From Bdellovibrionales bacterium (GTDB lineage Bacteria > Bdellovibrionota > Bdellovibrionia > Bdellovibrionales > UBA1609), in assembly GCA_965199825.1 (NCBI GenBank), contig OZ241329.1, forward strand, positions 1,024,001 through 1,088,000: a DNA stretch of 64,000 nucleotides. The letters run 5' to 3'. A model generated the notes under the pieces. The model was given only the letters and a program-made list of their open reading frames with translations. It ran no database searches and was not told the DNA's origin. Shown here one piece after another: positions 19,069-27,711 of this stretch (position 1 is its first letter; each line of letters starts with the position of its first letter). A program made the translations under genes and the position numbers.

Positions 19069-20285
19069 TTGTAAGCGCCTGTGTTGAAATTACGTGAATG
19101 GAAACGTGAAATAAAAAATGCCAAAATTGCAAAGAGCACCAATAGAACTGCAACAAGCGAGCGGTTAAATTCCCCACTTGAATAAATCCAGATTGCAATA
19201 CAGCAAGATGTAAACTGAAAAATAGCCAGCCATCGCAAAACTAAAGTGTTAAAATGAACTAAATCATTTCCTGACATTGCGCTTCGAACTAAAATATCTG
19301 CTGGATAATAAACACCTGCATTGAGACCCGACATAAAAACCATAACCCCCATAGCTCCAGACGAAGGCATCAATAAAAATAAAAAGCCACTTGCAGTATA
19401 GGTTAGCGGCAATACACGTATCCAAAAACGAGCCGAAATAAAATTTTGAAGACGATTGTAAAAGAGGCCCATGATCAATCCAGGCAGTCGCAATAGCGCA
19501 ATGACAACGATACTCGTGCCGATATCAAAGAAACCCATTTTTGCGCTGATCATCGGAAAATAGTTGGGAAAGAGCGCGTTGAGTGCGTGAAGAAATGGAA
19601 TTGTCATTAAAATCCACATCAGAGAAGTTGAGTCGATTCCCTCTTTATTTTTTATTTTAACAATTGAGTCTGGGGTAAGCAGTGCAGCATCAGCATAATA
19701 ATTTTGACCCACATAAACCAAAACTACACCAAATACGATAAAGCTGAGCGCATCTATTAAGAGGCCAAATCGCCAGTTCCCCGCACTAACTAATGCAGCC
19801 GCAACTAGCATTCCAATTAACATCGCAGCAACGTCAATCGCGCCCTTAAAATTAACAAGCTTTTTGTATTCAGACTCATCGGCAAAAAAACGATACATTG
19901 TGACCTGGTAAAGCAAGCGTGGAATACCTTCTTTAACAAAAGCATAGCCGAGCAAAAATAAGATCGTTAAAACTAACGACGAAACAGGATCCTTATAAAA
20001 AAGTGTAAGAATTGAAACCACGATTTCAAGAGCGGCTACGGCAAAAAGAACTTTAGCATAATCTAAGCGCGCGCTATCGTGTCGCTTTGCAATGGTGCGG
20101 GCAAAAAAACTTGCCGCAAAAACAGAGAGAGCCGGTACAAGCCAGGCCACCACTGAAAAAGATATTTTACCAGTCTCAAAGCCAAGACCTTGCGGAAGCG
20201 AAGTCACCAAAACAATATCGCCAAAAGCGGAAATAAACGAGGCTGTAAGAAACCAGAAACCGCGTTGAGATCGAGAAAATTTCAA
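19065..20285 (-). CDS. MFS-type transporter, probable exporter for the NRPS/PKS product
   Basis: About 11-12 hydrophobic helices, FISAFGD start motif, LLIDALSF; overlaps both flanking NRPS genes by 4 nt. Confidence 0.8.
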   Translation of the reverse strand: MKFSRSQRGFWFLTASFISAFGDIVLVTSLPQGLGFETGKISFSVVAWLVPALSVFAASFFARTIAKRHDSARLDYAKVLFAVAALEIVVSILTLFYKDPVSSLVLTILFLLGYAFVKEGIPRLLYQVTMYRFFADESEYKKLVNFKGAIDVAAMLIGMLVAAALVSAGNWRFGLLIDALSFIVFGVVLVYVGQNYYADAALLTPDSIVKIKNKEGIDSTSLMWILMTIPFLHALNALFPNYFPMISAKMGFFDIGTSIVVIALLRLPGLIMGLFYNRLQNFISARFWIRVLPLTYTASGFLFLLMPSSGAMGVMVFMSGLNAGVYYPADILVRSAMSGNDLVHFNTLVLRWLAIFQFTSCCIAIWIYSSGEFNRSLVAVLLVLFAILAFFISRFHSRNFNTGAYN

Positions 20286-23200
20286 AAAGAACTCCCTGTT
20301 TTTAAATTATTGAGCGCCATTCGATCAAACAAGTTTTGTGTAAGTCTGGAGACAAACGGTTTTCGCATCAGCGTGTAATGAGTGGCGTCGGCGATAATTT
20401 GCTCTGTGTATCGACCTCGGGTGCAGCTTTTCCAATTTGTTTTGTGCAGTAGTTTGTTTTGCAAACTGTGATCGGCCCATACAGCATGAATAGATGCTGA
20501 AAGTGTGGGTTGCGTAAAATTATAAAAAAGCATTGCATGCCGAGCAGATAATTCTGCCAAGCGAGCAACGTAGGACGCATCAACTTCAAGATTTAGATTC
20601 CACTTTTTCTTGGTCCAGTTCAAAAGCCAAGCCGCTAATGCTGCCCCTGGAACCTCTTTTAGACCCTCTTTGATTTCTGTTCGATCGTCCACAGTCAACT
20701 CATGTCCAATGGAACTCGCGAGAGAATTTAGGACGCTCGAGTATCCACGAAGCCAATCGAGTTCCGACGGCAATGGCAATATATTTTCGCGAACGCCACA
20801 GTCCCACAGTTCAACGGATAAGACATTTATACCGCGATCTTCTAGCCGCGCAGCAACTTCCATTGCTAACAAGCCACCCATGGACCAACCCATAAGCATA
20901 CACTCTCGTTTAGTACCAAGATGACCAAAAATTTCTTGTGCGTAAGCTTCTGTCATATTCTTAGAGTTAGAATATTCTAATGAGGGGTCGTCGAGAGCCC
21001 GAGATTGAATAGCGAAAATAGGAGTTAAGCCATCGGTATTTGCAACCAATTGTCCATATACAAAAATATCTCCACCCATCGGGTGGAAGCAGTACAACGG
21101 TGCACGATGTGGTTCACCCCCTGACAACATTATTAAATGTGATGCCAGTCGCGAAATAGGATTTCGCTTTTTACAAATCATTGCCATTTCTCGAATGGTT
21201 GGATTTTGAAAAAACTCTGCAGATGTCAACTGAGTTCCAAATTGCTGGCGCACTCTATGAATGAGTCGTGCTGCAAGAAGAGATTGCCCGCCTAAATGAA
21301 AAAAGTTGTTCTCTATGCCGATAGAATCTTGGCCCAGCAAACTTTGCCAGATTATTTGCATGCGCGATTCGAAAAGATCTGTAGGTGGCGAATACTCTCT
21401 GAGATTTCCGTTAGCCCGATCAAACAATTTGGAAGATGATCGGAGGCGGCTGTGGTCCAATTTCCCGTTTGAATTGATAAGCATTGTCTCAACAGAATGA
21501 AACCAAGTCGGAATAAAAGACTCAGGTAGACGACTCTTAAAATGGAGTCTCAGATTATCGATGGTTAGCAAATGAGAATTTTTTTGTTGAATGTAGGCGT
21601 GAAGCTCGAGCTCATTTTGAAAATTGGATTCAGCAAAAACCGCCGCATCTTGAACCCCTGGATGAATCAACAAGACATTCCGAATTTCTTGCAGTTCAAT
21701 GCGGTGGCCACGGATTTTAACTTGATCATCAACCCGGCCTAAAAATTGGGCGGTGCCGTCCCTTCGTAGTCGCACCATGTCCCCTGTCCGATAGGATGCA
21801 AGCCCACCTTGTTTATCAGAAGGAATAAAACGAGCAAGTGTCAATTCGGTGTGGTTTAAATAACCATCTGCGACTTGTGGACTTCTTATCACTAGCTCAC
21901 CAGGGACTTCACGAGGGAGGAGACTCCCGGTCTCATCCACAGCGTAAAATTCCGTATTATAAGTGGGGCTTCCAAGAGTTGGGTGCGGTGTTGAGCGATC
22001 GATCCTATAAATTGTTGAGTCGACTGTACACTCAGTTGGACCATAGACGTTATAGAATTCAATCTCATCGGAATTTGCGAGCTGGGTCCAAAGTCGAGAA
22101 TGGATGGCTTCTCCGCCAACTAAAACTTGCCTCAATTTTGTTTGATTTAAGTCACCGTGTTCTAATAAAAATTTTAAGTGAGACGGCGTGCAGTCAAAAA
22201 GATCTACGCGTTGATCAATTAACCACTCCAATAGTTTTTCGGCATCTGTTCTGAATTCCAGGGGGACAATGCAAAGTGTATGTCCAATCAAAAGTAATAC
22301 GATCTGTTGAACCGAAGCATCAAAGGTCAAAGGTGCATTTAAAGAAATGCGTCGAGGTGCCTCTTTTTCTGAAACACACAGAGTGTTTTCCAATGATTTT
22401 TTTAAATTCTTCACTCCTTGAGTGCGAATTTGACATCCCTTGGGCTGACCTGTGCTTCCAGATGTATAAATCAAGTAGGCGACATCGTTACTTCCACTTC
22501 GAGACGGTAAACCAATGGGTAATGAACTTTTCATTAATGTTTGAAGCGATAATGTGGGACACGATAGATTCAAAAACTTTTTTTGTGGCTCGTGAGTTGT
22601 TAGTACACAAGAGATATTTGCGTCGCGCACCATAAATTCGAGTCGAGCATCAGGAGCAATAGGATCAAGAGGAACATATGCAGCACCCAAGGCCCACAGG
22701 GCAAGAATTGCGGCGATGGGTGCAACCTCACGATCAGACATAATTCCAATATGATCGCCGGCCTTAACCCCATTTTGTTGTAGACCACTTGCAATGCGAA
22801 GAGAAAGCTTTCTCAGTTCGCTAAAACTAAGCTCAGAGTCTTGATCACAAAGCGCTGTGATAGGACCGCGTTTAAGCGCCACACTTTCAAAACTCTCCCA
22901 CAAAGAAGTTTGCTCTATATCACAAGTAGGTCCGCGCAAGGTATCTACCGCTTCGTTAGCCTCAAGGGGTAGACGAAGAAGGGCTTCCTTTGGATTTGAA
23001 AGTGCAGAATTAAGTTGGGATACAAAAACACTGCGAAGGCTTTCTATCTGAGACGCTGAGTAGGCGTTGGAATCATACTCTACTTGAAGCGAAAGTTTTT
23101 GATCGCCTTCAAAAAAGAAAAAGGTGAGATCAAACTTAGCTTGGCGACGAGCGGGCTGTTGAACATCAACTTTGAGACCGCTCAATTTTAAATGACCGTA

Positions 23201-24316
23201 AGGCGTTTGCTGCATTTCTACAGCAACTCGAAACAAAGGCTTAGACGAATTTTTGCTTGCCGCAACAATTTGATCAAAAGGGATGCTGTCGTGCATAGAA
23301 GTTGATTGCAAAATTTGTGTGGTCTGATGAACCAACTGATCGAAGTTGATATCCTCAGTAAAATCTGCAGGAAGGGCTAGCGTGTTGACAAAAAAACCGA
23401 TGGTCTTTTCAAATTCACTTTGCTTGCGATTGAACGTGGTCGTACCAACCACAGATCTTTCAGTACGTGTGGTGCGATATATCAATGCGTGAACAGCAGA
23501 CAATAAAACTGTGAATGGCGAAAGTCCTCTTTGCTCACAAAACATATTTAGTTTAGTTTTTAATTTTGAGTCTAAATCTCCGTAGGTGGTTTCTGACAAA
23601 CCCAAGGGTTGAGGAAAATTGCCGCATAAATTGGTATGTGAAATTTCTTTTTCCAGTAATCTGCCCCAAAATTCAATAGATCCTTTATTTTTCAAATTCT
23701 CGATGGTTTGATTTTCCCAATTTGCAAACTCGGAGTATTGAGGGGCTTCATGAAGTTCTAAACCAAGTCCTTTGCGCTTGGCCGCATAGATCGAGCTGAG
23801 CTCTGAAAAAAAGAGGCCAAGCGACCAGCCATCGATAATAATATGATGAAACAAAATAGCTAAAACATATTGGTCTTTGGTCTTTTCATAAAAAGCACAG
23901 CGAAAACCAGGCTCATTAATCAATTTAAATGGTCTCTTTACAAATTCCTCTGTCCAAAGCTGAATGTTTTCAGCTGACGAAGGGCGCTCGAGAAAAAAGT
24001 TGTCGCTATCTAATGGCAATAAATGTGGAAAGTGATCTTCATCAAGAGAGAAAAAAACGGACCTTAAAATTTCGTGTCTTGAAACGATCTCTCTTAGTGA
24101 TTCTTCAAGGTCTTTCCAATTGAGTTCTCCATATAGATTTAAAATAACTGGGATGTGATAGGTATTTGAGTCGGGATCCAAAAGTTGCAGCATCCACAAG
24201 CGATGTTGAGAGGGAGAAATCGGTGATGTTGCATCAATGATGCTCGCCACTTCATCGCTTGTCAGATTGTCCAGTTGATTAGTTTTATGGAAGCTCATCG
24301 GAAAATCGCACGGCAT
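20282..24316 (-). CDS. Terminal NRPS module C-A(Gln/Glu)-T-TE
   Basis: HHIIIDGWS; YTSGSTGQPKG, NVYGPTE, YRTGD; T motif FFHLGGQSLL; TE GWSMGG; manually read code DAQDLGVVDK (Gln-type). Confidence 0.95.
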   Translation of the reverse strand: MPCDFPMSFHKTNQLDNLTSDEVASIIDATSPISPSQHRLWMLQLLDPDSNTYHIPVILNLYGELNWKDLEESLREIVSRHEILRSVFFSLDEDHFPHLLPLDSDNFFLERPSSAENIQLWTEEFVKRPFKLINEPGFRCAFYEKTKDQYVLAILFHHIIIDGWSLGLFFSELSSIYAAKRKGLGLELHEAPQYSEFANWENQTIENLKNKGSIEFWGRLLEKEISHTNLCGNFPQPLGLSETTYGDLDSKLKTKLNMFCEQRGLSPFTVLLSAVHALIYRTTRTERSVVGTTTFNRKQSEFEKTIGFFVNTLALPADFTEDINFDQLVHQTTQILQSTSMHDSIPFDQIVAASKNSSKPLFRVAVEMQQTPYGHLKLSGLKVDVQQPARRQAKFDLTFFFFEGDQKLSLQVEYDSNAYSASQIESLRSVFVSQLNSALSNPKEALLRLPLEANEAVDTLRGPTCDIEQTSLWESFESVALKRGPITALCDQDSELSFSELRKLSLRIASGLQQNGVKAGDHIGIMSDREVAPIAAILALWALGAAYVPLDPIAPDARLEFMVRDANISCVLTTHEPQKKFLNLSCPTLSLQTLMKSSLPIGLPSRSGSNDVAYLIYTSGSTGQPKGCQIRTQGVKNLKKSLENTLCVSEKEAPRRISLNAPLTFDASVQQIVLLLIGHTLCIVPLEFRTDAEKLLEWLIDQRVDLFDCTPSHLKFLLEHGDLNQTKLRQVLVGGEAIHSRLWTQLANSDEIEFYNVYGPTECTVDSTIYRIDRSTPHPTLGSPTYNTEFYAVDETGSLLPREVPGELVIRSPQVADGYLNHTELTLARFIPSDKQGGLASYRTGDMVRLRRDGTAQFLGRVDDQVKIRGHRIELQEIRNVLLIHPGVQDAAVFAESNFQNELELHAYIQQKNSHLLTIDNLRLHFKSRLPESFIPTWFHSVETMLINSNGKLDHSRLRSSSKLFDRANGNLREYSPPTDLFESRMQIIWQSLLGQDSIGIENNFFHLGGQSLLAARLIHRVRQQFGTQLTSAEFFQNPTIREMAMICKKRNPISRLASHLIMLSGGEPHRAPLYCFHPMGGDIFVYGQLVANTDGLTPIFAIQSRALDDPSLEYSNSKNMTEAYAQEIFGHLGTKRECMLMGWSMGGLLAMEVAARLEDRGINVLSVELWDCGVRENILPLPSELDWLRGYSSVLNSLASSIGHELTVDDRTEIKEGLKEVPGAALAAWLLNWTKKKWNLNLEVDASYVARLAELSARHAMLFYNFTQPTLSASIHAVWADHSLQNKLLHKTNWKSCTRGRYTEQIIADATHYTLMRKPFVSRLTQNLFDRMALNNLKTGSSF

Positions 24317-24595
24317 AAATTAAAAAAATCAGAAATATAAAATCAAGTTTAATAATTCTTTACTTAATACAGCCGTGGCCTCCCGCCCTTTTGGCTCTAT
24401 CGTTGAAGCAGATAAAAAATCAAATAATTAAATTAGGAAATTTTATTCTGTTTGCTAAAAAATTTGGTTCTCGTTCTGGCCCCTATCTCACTCACTCCAA
24501 AAATCTCAGCTTCAAATGTTCAATACTCAATTCTTGAGTGCCAGTTTTCAATGTTCCACTTGACCATGGTATCGTCGATCTAACAAAGTGCTAGG

Positions 24596-24622
24596 TCTAA
24601 TTTTTTTGTGGTGCGCCGATGA
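24596..24622 (+). promoter_or_regulatory. Sigma28 (FliA)-like promoter candidate
   Basis: TCTA-N15-GCCGATGA versus consensus TAAA-N15-GCCGATAA, about 40 nt upstream of the ATG at 24662. Confidence 0.4.
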
Positions 24623-24661
24623 TAAGCTGATAACATCTCCTTATTTACATCGAGGTTCAGC

Positions 24662-25153
24662 ATGCAAAAATCTTGTTATTTATTCTGTGTGTTTTTAATT
24701 TTGGCAGGAACTTTGTCTTTTGCCCAAAAGATCAAACAATCAAATCCCTGCTTAAACTTTAAAATTTCGAAGGTTTATATTCTCAAAAAAGAGATGAACG
24801 ACGAGGCCAATCATAAAGGTTGTTTTTCTGAAGACAGCCCCTGCTATGTTAATATTAAAACGACTCAAGGAATAACAAGACGTTTTAGATTTCTTTTACC
24901 GTCGACCGATACAGATGAGCACATAGGTTATTCCTCACAGTGCGAAGGAGCAAACCTTGACAGCCACGGATCGATTGCTGATCTCGTTTTGCCAAAGGGC
25001 TGCAATATATCGATAAATTTTCCTGTCGCTAAAACAGGAGATCCCGTAACGGTGTGTGATTGCTCGGCCTCCATATGCAAGAAGCACGAAGAACAAATTC
25101 ATCCAACATCGAACCGTTCGGAAAAATCAAAAAATAGTGATACTACGCCTTAG
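24662..25153 (+). CDS. Secreted Cys-rich protein, paralog A
   Basis: GAGG SD, signal peptide, 8 Cys in the mature part; clear similarity to 25921..26388. Confidence 0.85.
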   Translation: MQKSCYLFCVFLILAGTLSFAQKIKQSNPCLNFKISKVYILKKEMNDEANHKGCFSEDSPCYVNIKTTQGITRRFRFLLPSTDTDEHIGYSSQCEGANLDSHGSIADLVLPKGCNISINFPVAKTGDPVTVCDCSASICKKHEEQIHPTSNRSEKSKNSDTTP

Positions 25154-25178
25154 AATCTTTTAAAAAGGAGTTTCAAAC

Positions 25179-25573
25179 ATGATTGCTAACCCTACTAGTT
25201 TTATTTATGCGCATTGCTCGCACTTATTTTTGTAGGGCTTTCGGTACGAGTCATTTCTTATAGGGTGAAGACCAAAGTTTTATTGGGATTTGGTGACAGC
25301 CCTAATCTGAATGTGGCAATCCGGACTCACGCAAATTTTTCCGAATACGTTCCGCTCGCATTAATACTCTTATTTGGGATCGAAAATTTTGGTTACTCGC
25401 CTACCTTAGTTCACATTTTTGGTTCAATTTTGGTTTTTGCTCGACTGGCTCACATCCATGGAGTTGCAACAAATCAAAGTCCTGGGGTGGGTCGTCCAGT
25501 GGGCACGATATTAACCTTACTTGTGATTGGTTTGAGCTCGCTGCTGATTTTGCTCAAATTCTTCATCGTTTGA
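25179..25573 (+). pseudogene. MAPEG-family membrane protein (YecN-like) with apparent 1-nt frameshift near the start
   Basis: AIRTHANFSEYVPL and ARLAH MAPEG motifs; AAGGAG SD + ATG at 25179 is out of frame by one base with the body starting TTG 25214. Confidence 0.7.
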
Positions 25574-25920
25574 TCTAGGACATCTCTGAGACAAAAATTG
25601 AATTTTGAAAACTCATCGGCAAGTTGCTCAACATCGAACGATCCCGACGATAAACTCATTGAAAGCATGTCTTGCTCAAGCAATCGGTTAAGATCATAAG
25701 CCATCGCAAATATTCCTTTGAAAAATATTTTTATTTTGTCTCAAATTCTAAGGTGATATCTCACAGCTCGCCAACTGGTTTTATATACATTTGCACATTT
25801 TGGTCTGGCTTAAGTCAGCGGCTTGATTCATTTGCCTCGATGGCCGAGGATAATCCAAGATAAGGTACCTAAATAAATTCGTAACCATTAATCACCTTAG
25901 CTTCATAGAGGATCAAAATA

Positions 25921-26388
25921 GTGTTGAGCAAAATATTTTGTGGAGTTCTCATTTTAATTGGGACAATTTCAAATGCCCAACAGGCGGCGTCGTGTTCAAG
26001 TATAAAGATCACTAGGGTTCACATACTCCATAACGAACCAAATGATGGCATGAACCACAAAGGATGTTTTGATAAAAGTATTCCGTGTTTTATCGATATC
26101 GAAACACCGGGTGGGCAAAAAAAACGCATTCCATTTCTCTCCCCGGCTCCAGCGGATAAAGATAACATGGGATTTTCATGGCAATGTGATGGTGTTGATC
26201 TCGACAGCAAGGGCTCAATTGCAGATCTCAGTTTACCTTCGAACTGTAGGATCTCGGTCCATTTTGCGACCTCTCCAAATGCGGAGACAAAAAATCAGTG
26301 CGAATGCACTCAAAAATCTTGTAGTGGGCCTGGGCAAATTCCTCAACCCGCAACTCCGAAAGAAAAAGAGAACGACGCTATCTCTTAG
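25921..26388 (+). CDS. Secreted Cys-rich protein, paralog B
   Basis: GAGG SD, GTG start, signal peptide; shares NHKGCF..PC, QC.G..LDS.GSIADL.LP..C.IS and C.C....C with paralog A. Confidence 0.85.
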   Translation: MLSKIFCGVLILIGTISNAQQAASCSSIKITRVHILHNEPNDGMNHKGCFDKSIPCFIDIETPGGQKKRIPFLSPAPADKDNMGFSWQCDGVDLDSKGSIADLSLPSNCRISVHFATSPNAETKNQCECTQKSCSGPGQIPQPATPKEKENDAIS

Positions 26389-26471
26389 TTAATTGGTTAT
26401 CATGAATTTGTTGTAATCTGCAGACTTCCAAACGGACGCAGGACTGTAAACCAATTTGAAAAAACTAACTC

Positions 26472-27173
26472 TTATTTTGCAATGGCATCTATAAAATTTA
26501 GAATGCCATTTGAAACGGTTTTGCGATCTTCAGTCAAAATAAATGGAAAATGACCTGCGCCCTTAATTTCAAGATTTTGAATTCTGTTATTCAGTTCGGA
26601 GTAGGTGCGCACGCGCCGCGCAGGAACACGAATATCATTTCCACCAAAAATATTTAAGATTGGCAAATTCAAATCGATTATAAATCTTCTTGCATCATAG
26701 GTTGGTGCAAATTCACTCCAGATACGATCAAAAAATACTTGGTTAAATTTCTTGTTCAGTTGCTCAATTAAATATGCAGCCTCTTTGATTTCGTGTGGTG
26801 CAAAGAAAACTTGATCTACACTTGGATTGTTAATTTTCCGAAGTTTAAGTTCCGCCTCGTATTCGGCGGTAACATCGTCACTACAAACAAAAGAACCAAT
26901 CAAAACCAGGCCTTTGATGTTCAAATTTGTTTTTTGTCGAAGATACTCAATCGCAAGTGCTCCGCCCCAGGAGTGGCCAACAAGAACCGTATCCTTGTCA
27001 CTTTTGGCGAAGTCACCTACTTCGTCAATAAGATCGGTAACGTTGTTAGAGTTAGTTTGAGTTTGCGAATAAAAAACGCATTCGATCCGACCCGGAAATT
27101 GATCGGCAAAAAAATGCTCGAGGTAATCAGTATTTCCGGGGCCGCCGTGTAAAAATAGAGCGCGTGTTACCAT
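26472..27173 (-). CDS. Alpha/beta-fold hydrolase
   Basis: HGGPG oxyanion motif, GHSWGG nucleophile elbow, catalytic Asp in GGND, GAGHF His. Confidence 0.9.
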   Translation of the reverse strand: MVTRALFLHGGPGNTDYLEHFFADQFPGRIECVFYSQTQTNSNNVTDLIDEVGDFAKSDKDTVLVGHSWGGALAIEYLRQKTNLNIKGLVLIGSFVCSDDVTAEYEAELKLRKINNPSVDQVFFAPHEIKEAAYLIEQLNKKFNQVFFDRIWSEFAPTYDARRFIIDLNLPILNIFGGNDIRVPARRVRTYSELNNRIQNLEIKGAGHFPFILTEDRKTVSNGILNFIDAIAK

Positions 27174-27370
27174 TTTGATTTTTTAGTCGCTTTGGCTAAA
27201 TGCAAGCAAGCACCAAATCTTTGTGATCACATGCACTTTTAGTCTTAGTCAAAAAATTCAACTGTATTGAGAGCCTTACCTTTCAAAAAAATTAAACCTC
27301 GCACGACTTAATGGGAATTCAACTTGGTGCCTCTCCTATAAGAAACAGGAGAAGCTCTTTCTTTTCAAAA

Positions 27371-27680
27371 TTAAGCCTTCCGTTCAATGCGCAAATAAAC
27401 CAATGCGCCAAGAGCTGCTCCAATCAATGGGGCAAACCAAAACATCCAGAGTTGATCCATGGCCCAGCCCCCTGTGGGAAGGGCTTGTGAGGTGGATCGC
27501 GCGGGGTTCACCGAAGCATTGGTCACAGGAATTAAAATCAAATGGATCAACATCAATGTTGCACCGATGGTGAGAGGCGCAAATTGTTCGCCTGGTGAGT
27601 GTAAACCAAAACCGTTTGAAGCAAATCCTTTTGTGACTTCAAAATTGGGATAACCCGATATTTATTAAATAAAACGGTAA
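27371..27680 (-). pseudogene. aqpZ: Aquaporin Z remnant (C-terminal half with an internal deletion)
   Basis: [13 protein letters not shown] joined directly to [30 protein letters not shown]...[13 protein letters not shown]; first NPA half absent; in-frame stops upstream. Confidence 0.85.
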
Positions 27681-27711
27681 CTAGTTTTACGCCATCAAAG
27701 GCCACGACACT

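Noticed and set aside
8429..24316. Many 60-140 aa alternative-frame ORFs inside the NRPS/PKS genes and other long genes
   Set aside because: Antisense or off-frame shadows of long, motif-rich coding sequences
25474..25704. 76-aa minus-strand ORF with an AAGGA SD
   Set aside because: Overlaps the MAPEG 3' end by 100 nt and has no recognisable motif; possibly real but unsupported
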